From contig MU056277.1 in the NCBI GenBank assembly GCA_013239625.1, positions 2,086,076 through 2,150,075 of the forward strand: a DNA stretch of 64,000 nt, in the 5' to 3' direction. Source of the DNA: Lama guanicoe. Its lineage: Eukaryota. Within the stretch, counting starts at the first letter, position 1, and every line of letters begins with the position of its first letter. This document shows, in pieces, positions 46,701 through 58,700 of this stretch. The notes under the pieces are model-generated. The model saw only the letters and a list, made by a program, of their open reading frames with translations, did not search any database and was not told where the DNA came from. Both the position numbers and the translations under genes were made by a program.

Positions 46701-49700
46701 TCCCCCTCCTCTTCTCTGTCCACAGCACTCGTGGTTCACTCGTGGTTCACTCGTGGGATGAAGACCCCACAGAGGGGACTGAGGTCGGGATAGGGGCAAG
46801 GACCCGCACAGGGCCTGGTGAGAGTGGCTCGAGCTCAGAACGGGCGGCCCCAGCATGAGGGCAGGAGGGAGACGCCGCAGGGGGAGTGGTGGGAACAGGC
46901 CACGAGGCCCAGCCTGAAGACGCACATCCCATTTGGAGACAGCAACCGCCCCGAGACAGTGGGAGGGCGAGGCCCGGGGCTGTGCGGCCGTGGCCACACC
47001 ATGCCTGGCTCCAGGGTGGAAGGCGAGAGTCCTCAGAAGGAGGACCTGCCGTGACCAGACTTGGAAGGCCTCCCTGACCCATGGACGTGCCAGGCCGGTG
47101 GCTGGGTGTGGGAGCCGCGTCAGGGTGGCGCTGGGATCAGGGGCCTCCACCGGCTGGGTCTGGGCTCCGGGTGTGCTTGCAGCGTTGGTGGGGGGCGTCT
47201 CTGGGAGTTCCGAGCAAGAGGCTGCCGCAACCTGGCTGACGTCCCCAGGGGGTTACGGCACTTCCGTGGAGAACGGACTCGGCAGGAGAGGAGGGGGTTC
47301 TGGATGGACTCCAGAGGGAGGGCAGACCCGGCCTGGGGCCGGCCGGGTAGGAGGGGAGAGCCCAGGCCCTGGATGCGGGCTCCTGTGTGTGCCGCCTGCC
47401 CCGCGGGGGGCCGGCCAGTGCTGGCCGACGGGCCGCGTCCAGACCCGGCCCAGCTCCTGCGGCCTCTGTCTCTGTGTTTCTGCCCGCGCGACGGACTGGC
47501 TCTCAGCTGAGGCCGCATCCAGCCCCAGACCCGGGGTCGCCATGCACCTGGCCCAGCCTCTCCCTGGCTGGCTCCTGAGCCCTCAGGCACGTGCGGTGAG
47601 GAAGGCACCCTGTTCCCACTGACAGACGGGGAGGCCGCGGCACAGAGCTTCCCTGGTCCTGGCTGCGGGAGACGCCGCGGGGGGGCGGCGGGCACAGGCT
47701 GCAGAAGCAGAGCTCTGTGAGCACGCGGATCTGCCCACATAACCGCGTCTCGGGGGCTGTGGGGCGGGCGAGCTGTGTTCCCTGTGTTCTGGGCAGCACG
47801 TGTGTGCACACGTGGCCGTGTTTCCATCTGACAAGTGTCTTAGCTTCCTGGGCTGCCCAAGCAAACACCGAAGGCCGGTAGGCTGCTCTCTCACAGCCAG
47901 GGTCAGGGTCCGAGATCCAGGTGTGGCAGGCGGGCGCTCCGAGGTCCTGCGGGAGGGTCTGTCTCGTGCTGTCCCAGTGTCAGCGGCTCCTGGAGACCCC
48001 TGGCGTGCTGCGGTGTTACCTGGGTCGGCCTCCGTCCTCACACGGCACCCCGTGTGCTTCTGTGTCCACACGTCCCCTTGTATCCATAAGGATGCAGTCA
48101 CCTCGTCTTAGCTCGGTCACGCCTGTGAAGACCCTGAAGACATTCCAAGGCCCTGGGGTTTGCTTCAGCGTAAGAATTTGGGGAGACGCCATTCCACCGT
48201 AACAGCTTTTGACTTTTAAGTTGAAAAGCAGCGTAACACAGTTGTACCAGAGTGTGACTTTTCCCCTTTTCCTCAGGGCGTGGCGATGCTCTGACAGAGT
48301 CCACGGTCTCTCTCCGCTTTGACCTTAGTGTGACGTTGGCATGTAGGAACGTCAGACCAGGGGGCTGAGTGCTCCCCGTGGGGCGCGTGGTCGGCTGTGG
48401 GGGTGGGGACCCGGGCCCGCGGCCACGCTGCCCATGGACGGAGCCGCAGCCCCTGCTTTCCCGCAGGCGTCCTTCCCGGCTAACCTGCAGCTCGTCCTTG
48501 TCCTGCGCCCAACGGGATTTTTCCAGAGGACACTCTCTGACCTCGCCTTCAGGTTCAACAGAGATGACTTTAAGATGAAGGTACCGGTAAGTGCCCTCTG
48601 CCCACCTCCTGTGAGGAGTGGCCTGGCTTTCCCCGGGGATGGGGGCGCCAGGCTCATGGGTGTGAGTGACCCCCAGACCGCAGAGGGGCCCCTGCCTCAC
48701 CTCCCTACTCCGGCCAGCACGGGGCACCCCGGCATCTGCCAATCTTCCTGTAAAAGGCAGAGCCTGCATAGAGTCCCTTAAGAACTGTGTCCCCACGAAG
48801 CCTGTGTCCCGGGGAGGGCAACCTGCATCACGCCAGGTCTCAGCAGTGAGGAGGGGGCTTCCCGGCAATGCAGTCATTGAACAGAGGACAGGGACACAGG
48901 GGCCCACACCCAGCGCCTTGAAACCTCTCCAGCAAGACCACCGGACTCCTCCTGGGAGTATGAGCATCCCGGGGGTGGGTCGCCATCCGCGAGGTTGTCC
49001 CTTGTTCTCGGGGCACAGATGGAGGCGCTCTGCCCGGCTGGGGGCCAGGTGTGCAGGCCCTGCTCAGCAGCCCTAACCCTTGGTCTCCAGGTTTGGCAGG
49101 GGATGGGTGCCCCTACCATTTGTGTAGCATCAAACAGCCTTGGTTTCTGACAGTCCCTCTCCTGGGTGATGTCCTAGGGGTGGAGGATGCCGGCTGGAGG
49201 CTGGTGGTCCGACCCTGAGACCGCGGACGCTGTGGGGGGTCTGTGCTCCCTGGTGGGACATCCCCCCGCCCTCCCTGCGTGGAGCCACCTCCTGGCAGCA
49301 CTGTTTCCGGGCCCCTGTCAGATAGGGACATTGGTCCACATTTGGCAAGAGACCCTGGCTAACCAATGGACCTTCGTCAGAAGAAACAAGAAAACTGGGC
49401 TGGGGTCTCTGTCCTCAGTGTGCGGTCAGCCTGTACTCGGCACCAGGGCCGAAGCCGCGAGTCCTCAAACATAGCAGCACAGAATTCAGCGCTGGCCCCT
49501 TGGTGCACTGGCCGGTTCTAGATAACCCCTCATAGTCACAGAGGGCATCGTCTCAGAGAGGCTGGCGCCGTGTGCCGACCTCGGTGCTGAGCGGAAGATG
49601 TCAGGAGAAACGGCGGGTCTGGGCCTTTTCTGTCATGGTTCAGGAGACACGGAGCAGCGGGACCCATGCAGGAAGTACCCCAGAGCCCCGGGTTGGGGAC

Positions 49701-52700
49701 CAGCCCGCCTCTGGTCCTGCCGGCCGTGGGGCAGGGCGAGCCGGGTGAACAACCTCCCTGGACGGCATGGAGAGAACAGCCGTCTCTGCCGAGAACTGGC
49801 ATCCAGCCTCGGCGCCGGCCGCACAGCAGGGGCCCCTGCACGGCTTGGGCTGGTGCCCTCCGCGGGGGGCTGGCCTGTGCTGGGGGGACCTTGCAGCACC
49901 GCCTCTCCTCCAGCCGCCCCCACGCGGTGACAGTCAGGGTTGACTCCCCTCCGATGTCCCCTGGGCCCCCAGCCAGCACAGTGTTTAATAAAACACAAGG
50001 TGGTGTCGAGTAGCCCAGGGCTGTGCCTCCAGGACCTCCGTGGCGGCGCCTGACAGCTTGCAAAGCAAAGGCTGTGCTTTATCCGAGGCTTGTGGATAGA
50101 ATGACCTCACCAGGGCAAAAGCAAGATAGGAAACAACCCTTGTTCCTGGGCACCTGTTCTCCACAAGGCCTGCTGTGCCACGGTGGGTCCTCCACTGCCT
50201 CCGCCTCCAAGCAGCCTCCCAGGTGTCAGCGGGAACACGGACAGCCCGGTGGCTTTGGTGTCTGCACGGTCCACTGCCCGCGGGCCCCTGGCCCATCAGA
50301 TGCTTGGTGTCGGCGGCCCAGGGTTTGCTTGCCCCAGATGCTGTCGTCTGGTGAGACCAGTCCTCACACGCCCGTCCACGGACAGGAAGGCACGGGGGCT
50401 CTTGGCCCGTCTGACACTGTGGAGCTGGGCAGCGCCGTCTGCCCCTCATCCGCGTCTGTGCGGCAGTCTGCTTATGGGCGGCTTTGCTCTCCCTCAGGTC
50501 ATAATGCTGAGCTCAGTACCTGAATTACACGGTTACATCGACAAGTCCCAGCTGACGGAGGACTTGGGCGGGACGCTGGATTACTGCCACTCCAGATGGC
50601 TGTGTCACCGCACAGTGAGTCCCCCGGTTCTCAGTAACCCTGATCAACCCGACAGAGTTGCTTTTGCCTTAGGACGCTGCCTGTTCCCACGAACCCGTGT
50701 TTTCTCCCCAAGAACGAGCAGATGGTCTCAGTGGACCTAAGTCATCTGAAGGAATCACATGAGTCATGAGTCGGGAGTCGCTTTCTCTGGGCTCAGAGAC
50801 AGATGAAAGCGAAGCCCAGCGGGGTTCACGGCACTCACGCCTCTCAGGAGGCCAGAGAGCCCTGGCGGTGGGAACCTCTGTCTGTGAAGGAGCCGTGAGG
50901 CTGCGACGCGGGGGCCGGGCCCGCTGCTGTGGACCGGCCGCTTGGGCCCATGCTCCTGAGGGCGGTGGGGCTGCAGAGGGCGCGGTGCTCACGCGGCTTT
51001 GTGACGGTGCCCTCCTCCCCCCGAGGCCATTGAGAGCTTCGCCCTCACAGTTAAGCAGACGGCACAGACGCTGCAGGTGTTTGGGACTGAGCTGGCTGAG
51101 ACGGAGCTGCCCAACGACGTCCAGTCCACGAGCTCCGTGCTCTTCGCTCACACAGAAAAGAGGGACCGAGCGAAGGTGCGCATGGCCCCCAGGTCCTCGC
51201 CCGTGCGCGGGATGGTGGGGGCACAGAGCCGAGGGGCTCCCAGCATGAGTTCTGGGTCTCCTGAGTTGGGTGCCGTCTGCAGTGAGAGCTGACCCGCCTT
51301 CAAAGCAGCGCAGCGGGCGCTGCGAGCTCAGCCCTCCCCACATGGGTCCTGTGCGTCTGGATGAGCCCGCTCCCCGCTCTCCTGCTGCAGGTCTCTCCTC
51401 TCGGTGTTTCTACTGCGGATCTGGGCAGAGGAGACAGGATGTCCCTCCCTGCCCTCCCCCACCCTGTGTCCCCAGGGACCAGTAGGCGGGGACGGCTGAG
51501 CGTCACTGCCCACATCTCCCCTTCCGATGAACGTGTCCCTGGGGTGTGCTCCCGAGTCTGGCCCGGCCTGCGTGCTTTGGGCTCTGAGTCAATGGAGGCC
51601 GCAACCCTGGGGGCTGCCCCCGCCCCACCAGGAGAGCTTCAAGCTCCCTTTTGACCCTGGCAGCGGGATGGGCCACCAGAGCAGGCACGTGGAGGTCTGG
51701 TTTCCAGTCACTGTCTCCTGTCCCACTGCCCGGGAGACCAGTAACCCTAGCTCTGCCCCACTGCAGTGGGAGGAGCGCCTTCCTGCGCCAGCCTCCTCCC
51801 CAGCGCTCAGGCAGCATCAGCAGAGCGTCTGGGAAGATGTGCTGAGGCCGGCCGTGTGCCCACTTACCGCAGCCCTCGAGGGGTGTGCCCCACAGAGCCC
51901 GCGCTGTCTCTGACCTGGACAGAGTCCTGGGGCCCCGGGGCCTGGGTCCCAGGTGCCGTGCTCTTCCTGCAGGAGGACATGAGGCTGGCACTGGACGAGG
52001 GGCAGAGCGTCCTGGAGAGCCTCAGGGAGCCTCTGGCCAAGAGCCCAGAGCAGAGCCTGAACCAGGACCAGCTGGACAGTCAGACCACCGTGCAGAGGTG
52101 GGTGCCTGGGGCCTGGGAGCATGTGGCGCTGTGGCCGGAGTGACCGTGGGCCGTGTCCGCGGCACGAGTGGGGCCACTCTGCTTCCGTCCCCCCGTGAAC
52201 TGAAGTTGTCGATAATGAGCCCAAATCCTTACCACCTCAGCCTTTTAACGTATTGACAAACTCGCTGAGCAGGCGGCTCTGAGAGACTGAGTGTGCCCCC
52301 GTGTGGCGAGGGCAGGGGCCCCGGGGGGGACAGACCACCATCACTCCAGCCCTCGGACACACCCCCTCCCACCTGGAGGGAAGGCTCGGTGCAGAGTGCA
52401 CGGTGGGTGCGGGCAGGGGTGGTTCTCCACGGCCCCTGCGGCCGCTCCCTCCCGTGGCCCAGCCACCTGTCCTCTCTCCCAGGCTCCTGGCCCAGCTGAA
52501 TGAAACCGAGGCCGCCTTTGATGAGTTTTGGGCAAAACATCAGCAGAAACTCGAGCAGTGTCTGCAGCTCCGGCATTTTGAGCAGGATTTCCGGGAGGTG
52601 AGTGGCCCAGAGCTGGGGGAGCCTGCAGGTGGGCCCCTGAGGGGTCCCGGGAAGACCTCGGGGCTGGGTACCCAGGTGGCTGCGCTCAGTGAGCCCCGCG

Positions 52701-55700
52701 GAGCTGCAGGGCGGGTGGAAATGTGTGACTGGCGAGCGCCCCGCTACAGACGAAGGCTGCGTTCCCACGTTGTCAGGCGCGCCCCTGGCCTGGTCTGTGA
52801 ACTGGTCAGGAGGCGCCGTGCTGCTCCTGTGGTCGTTTGCGCGTTCTCTTCTCCCACAAGGGGGCCTGGCGCGGGGCCTGGGCATAGACAGTGAGAGGTA
52901 CGCCCACCTCGCGGGCAGCGCGACAGGACAGAGCAAACACCTCGTTAAACAGCCAGTTTGCGGCCGGTCACTCATTTGTTCACACGAAGACGTGCACTGA
53001 GACCTCCCCGTGGTCGCGCCCTGGTGCAAGGGACCGCAGCACCTTTCCCCTCCTGAAACGTCTGGTCAAGACGGGGGAGCCAGGAACACCCAGGAGCAGA
53101 GAACCCCCCACCCCTCCACCCGCCGGCCCCCCCCACCGGTGGTGACAGACTCTAGGCCGCGGAGCCACCCGGTGGGTGGGGCAGCGAGCAGCCCTGGGGG
53201 ACCACCCTCCAGCCTGTCCTCAGCGGAGAGGCCTGACTTCTTTGGGAAAACGTTCCCTGAGGATTGAAAGGCCGGGGCACGTGCTCCAGCTGGGACAGCA
53301 AGGTGACCGGTCCCATGGGCCCCGAGCAGAGCGGGAACCTGGCCGGTGTGAGCAGCTCGCCGCGGACCCGTGGAGGGTCGTTGGTCTCCGTTTCTGTGGG
53401 ACCGAGGAAGGCGCTCCAGACAGCCAGGCTCTTCACTTAGAGACAATCGTGGGCTCACGTGCAGTTACGAGGAGTGATCCAGAGACCACTGTCCCTTCAC
53501 CCAGTTCCCCCAATGGCAGCATCTTCCCAAACTAGCTCAGTGTCACTGTGCGGGACCGACACCAACACAGCCAGCGCAGGACCCCCGTCCCCACCCTTTA
53601 TAGACACCTGCCTCCCCCCACCCGACCCCGTCCGCGTCCTGAGCCCTGCCGACCACTAGTCCGCTCTCCATTCCCACAGCGTTGCTTCGAGAATGTTCTC
53701 TCAATGGAATCACACAGCACGTAACCTGGTGGGTTAGCTCGTCACTCGGCAGGCCTGCCGGGAGATGCAGCCAGGTAGTTACGTGGACCGTAGTTCGTCC
53801 TGGTTATTGCTGGGTAGTTACTGGTCCACGGCGTAGACAACCTTGTGGTTGCCCGCTCACCTGCTGAAGGTCGTCTGGGCTGTTTCCGCGTTTTTGCTGT
53901 TACAGATGAAGCTGTCGTAAACCTGCGTCTCTGGGTTTTGTGTGAACGTGTTCTCCTTTCTCTGAGCTAACTGCCCAGGCAGGAGCCCCACTCCTGGGCT
54001 TAGCTCTTTAAGAAACGGCAGGCTGTTTCCAGGTGGCTGTACCGCTCCACGTCCCCGCCAGCGCAGTGATGCAGCTGCCCCGCGGCCTCACGGCGCTTGG
54101 TGTGGTTCACCCCTCACTGTGCGCACATTTCCGAGGGCTGCGTGTTGCCGCCTCCCCGTGGTTCGAGCCTGCGTCTTCCTGACGGTGTCGGCGTTGATGC
54201 CCCCGCGGCTTAGTCCTCATCACACATCCTTTCCCAGAACATCTCTGTTCCTGCCCCGGTTCTGACCCGGTGGCTTTGGTTTCGTTTTGGCATTTTGAGA
54301 GTTCTTCCTGTGCTGTACATACTGTCCTTTGTCAGATTTGTGGTTTGAGAACGTTTCCTTCTGGGCTGTCACCTTCTTTACCCTCCTCACGGGGTTTTTC
54401 ACAAAGCAGGGTTTTTAATCTTGATAAAGTCCAAGTGATCAGTTTTTCCTTTTCGGATCATACTCGTGGTGTCAATCCTAAATTCCAGATCCCAGATATA
54501 TTCCCCTAAGGTTTTTTTTCTTAGACGTGTATAATCTTATACTCGTGCTCATGATCCATTTCAAGTTAATTTTTGTATGAAGTATGAGAATTTGGTCCAT
54601 TTTGTTTTAATTTCTAGGTGTTGAGTTCCTCCAGCATCACTTGTTGAAAGACAGCCTTTCCTCCATCAGGGCTCCTTCCCCCTTTGGTCGAAAATCAGTT
54701 GGACGCCCTGTCCGGGTCCGGGTCAGGGTCCGGGTCGGAATCCTGTCCATCTATACCCCACAGTCTCCATTCCTGCAGGTGTGGCCTCCCCTTCCCTCCC
54801 ACTCATTCTTCACGGTGGTTTTAGCCATTCTGGTTCCTTTGTCTGTCCATATAAATTTAAAATAATCTTGTCTGCGCCTTCGGGAGACCCTGCGGGGCGT
54901 TGTCAGGGATCGTGGGGAGCCGGTGCGCCCTCGGGGGAGAGTCGGCGCCGTGACTGTGCTGGTCTCCGCGCCTCGAGCGCACGCGGCTCCCCACGTGTCA
55001 GGGTTCCTTTCTCCAGCGTGTGTGGTTCTCACCAGTTCAGTACATTTTGTTTGACTTCTACACGTGTGTTTCCTTTTTTAAAGAATTGTGGGTGGTGTTG
55101 AAGCCTTAGTTTCGGCGTCCGCGTGTCTGTTGCCATACAACCGAGGCTCGCGCACTCGCCTTGTCTCCTGAAACTTTGCTGAACTCACTCAGTCTTGGAG
55201 TCATTTTGTAAAGCTTTGGGGGTTCTCCATGGACACGATCTGGCCACGTACAGACAGGAACGGCGTGATTCCTTCCTTTTCAATCTGTGTTTCTTTTTGT
55301 TTATGTTTTTAATCTTCCTGCCGTATTGCACCGGACAGCGCCTCCACCACTTGAATGCGGTGGTGAGACTGGGCAGGCGTCCCTCAGCAGCACCACACCT
55401 GTGAGGTCGGCAGCAGGCTCTCCTGGATGCTCTGTTGAAAGGAGGACATTTCCCTCTTGTTGCCCTCCTGAGAGGAGGTCCGGGTCCCCTCCGCCCTGCA
55501 CCCCGTGTCCACAGCGTCTCCCTCCTCTCCTTCAGCTGTGGCTCTTCTGAGCTTCTGCTCTCTCGCCCCTGCTGTCTCAGGTCAAGGCCGCCTTGGACGC
55601 GTTGGCCCAGAAGATAGCCACCTTCACTGACGTGGGCAACAGCCTGGCACACGCGGAGCACCTCCTGAAGGACCTGGCCAGCTTCGAGGAGAAGTCCAGC

Positions 55701-58700
55701 GTAAGGGCCCGGCGTGGCGGGCTGCCTGGCAGCACTGCGCCCACTGTCTCCAGAAGCCCCGGGCCCTGAGCCACGTGGGCAGGTGGAGGGACGGCCACCT
55801 GGCCCCCCCCACAGACCCCTGGCCCCCCCACTCCCCACCACGCCCACCCCCAGCAGGCAGCAGTGGGGGCCAGGTGAGCTGCGTGTCTGACACTGCCGCA
55901 GGTGGCCGTGGGGCGAGCCCGTGCCCTGTCCCTGGAGGGCGAGCAGCTCATCAGCCACAAGCATTATGCCGTGGACTCTATCCGCCCCAAGTGCCACGAG
56001 CTCGGGCACCTGTGCGACCAGTTTGCGGCAGACGTCGGGCGGAGGAGGGCGCTGCTGAGCCAGTCGCTGGAGCTGCACGGCCTCCTGGAGGCGGTAGGCC
56101 CCCCCCAGCCCCGCCCCACACCCCGGTCCCGTTGGGCCCCTCCCACCATGGCTGGACCTCAGGCACTGGTTGGAAGACGGCCCACGGCCTCCTGTGTGCC
56201 TTTCTTGAGGCCCAGACGGTCCTGTCGTGACATAAGTGGCCATTTCTGAAACTCACTGGCCACAGCTGACTGCGTCTATAAAAGGCCCGGAGACTGACCG
56301 TCCAGCCAGTTCACTGCTCTTTGCCCGCAGTGTGGATGGGCCCAGTCCTGGGCGGTTTGCTTGGTTTTGGGCCATGCGTCCCCCAGGGGAGCCCTCAGGA
56401 CGTAGTGGCGGGACTTAGGCCACACGGCCACGCAGAGGGTCGCACGCAGCATCCGCGGGCCGTGCCCGAGGCGCCAGGGCAGCCCTCATGCGCCCTTCTT
56501 TCCCTCCAGTCCATGAGGTGGTGTGATGAGGGCATCTACCTGCTGGCCTCACAGCCAGTGGACAAGTGCCAGTCCCAGGACGGCGCCGAGGCGGCTCTCC
56601 AGGAGATCGAGAAGTTTCTGGAGACTGGAGCAGAAAACAAGATCCGGGAACTCAGTAGACTCTACCAGGACTATGAGCCCATCCTCACCCCGGAGCTAAG
56701 GGTAGGGAACCCGTCCTCACCCCCCACCTGAGGGTGGGGAGCCCAACCTGTCGCCTGCGCTCACCTGCCTGACCACAAGTTTCTCCGATGGTGTCCCAGA
56801 GTGGGGGTTAATTATTCCAAGGGGACGCTGGCATTTGAGAGGGGTGTGGCTTGGAGGGCGTCTGGCCTAGCATTCTCCCACCCTCCCTCCGGCCTCCGAG
56901 TGTTCACCCCCTCGAGGGCCTGTGCTTGGTGACACTGGCCGCCCCCCAGTGCACTACCCCTCCCGCGGCCCCTCAGTGGACTCTGCTCAGCCCAGGGACC
57001 CTCATGCCTGGGGGGGGCCCACCCACAGAGGGCAGGGCAGGGGCGAGGCACAGCCCCGCATCTCAGCATTCACAGCTGCGGCCGAGTCTGCGCACAGCCT
57101 CTTTTGGACGCCGCGCCCACTAGCCAGTCCGTCACACTGTCCCCAGGAGCACGTGCAGAAAGTTTTCCAGAAGCAGGAGAGCATGGAGGAGATGTTCCAC
57201 CGGAGACAGGCGAGCCTGAAGAAGCTGGCGGCCAAGCAGACGCGGCCCGTGCAGCCGGTGGCCCCGCGGCCCGAGGCGCTCACGAAATCTCCCTGCCCCT
57301 CCCCAGGTACCTGCTGTCGCCCCCTTAGCCCCAGGGAACGCCATCCTATGTCCAGACCACTTTGGAGATGAAGTTTTATCGGCAACCGGCCTGCCTGTTC
57401 ATTCCCCCGGGTCCAAGCTGCTCCTCGCTGGTGCCGCAGAGTGGCTAGGCCAGGACCACCACCACTGTTGAGGGCCTCTCCTAGGCTGGTCCCCACCCTC
57501 CAGGCCCACGGTCGGTCCCCAGGCACAGCCCTCCTCGAAGGCCGAGCTGAACCCACGGCCTTTCCCAGAGGCCCGTCCTGTCACCTCCTGTCCCCAGACA
57601 CACTGCCCAGTGGCCAGGAAGCACCTGCCCTTTTCTTCAGCTGTGGCCAGTGTTGGCTGGGCTGGGGAGAGCCCCTGAGCCCAGTGTGCGGGGCCCAAGG
57701 GGACATTACTCTGAGGCCCATCTGGGGTGTCTGGGCACTGAGCCTCCCCTACAGGCCAGGAGCTGCAGCCCTGCTGGGAAGCAGACTCCCGCCGGCCCAG
57801 GCGCCTCCTGAGGCCCTGGCCCCGTCTCCCCAGTTTCCTCCCTTGTCATCCTGCTGGCTGCGCACCGCTTTTCTCCCAAAAGTTAAAAACTGTGCTGATC
57901 CTCCAGGGTGCACCCCGCCTCCCGGCGGGAAGATGCAGTCACACCCCTCCTCCACTTGTCTCCAAACCAGGCATCCGGAGAGGCTCTGAGAACCACAGCT
58001 CCGACGGCAGCGCAACCCGGAGGGGGCCCTACCGCAGGGCCAAGGTGAGGGCCGCTGACGCCACCGCACAGTCGCCCACCGCCCCCCAGCTGCGCCTTCC
58101 CTCCACGTCCTGCCTGCGGGGCCTCGGGTCAGCCCCAGACTGGACAGGAGCTTGGGGCCTTGGGAGGGGGCGCTGGGCGGCTCCTTCTGCTGCTTGAAAG
58201 CTGCGTGCTCTTGTCTCCCCAGAGCGAGATGAGCGAGGGCCGGCCGGGCCGGGGCAGCTCCACCGGGGACGAGGAGGAGAGCCTGGCCATCCTGCGGAGG
58301 TGGGTGGGCAGCGTCCCCTCTGGGCAGCCTGGTCAGGACACCAGTGTGGCCCAACCAGATCTCAGCTTTTGGGAAGGGTCTGAAAGTCAGGGAGCCAAAG
58401 CAGGCGGAATCCGCCAGCCTCACCCCAGGGCCGCGAAGCAGAAGCAAAGCCGGTGGCATGCCGTGTCCACACCCGCGACCCCGAGAGAGGTTTTCCTCTG
58501 AAAGGCTGCGTTCGCCCCTGGCTTTCAGGTGGCGCTGGGGGATTGTTGTCTCTCCCCAAGTCTGGGGGGAGACTGGGGTGACAGCTCCCCGCCACCACCC
58601 CCAGGCCACAGCAGAGGCCCGGCCACAGACACGCCCCCTCCAGCCTGTCTCCTCGGTGCGGGCCCCTCCCTCTGCCCGTGAGCCTCCCCCCCAGCTCCAC

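Noticed and set aside
51970-57149. NAGNAG acceptors CAGGAG at 51970-51975 and 57144-57149
   Set aside because: A distal GAG after a proximal CAG is rarely used, and the pattern follows trivially from exons starting with a Glu codon.
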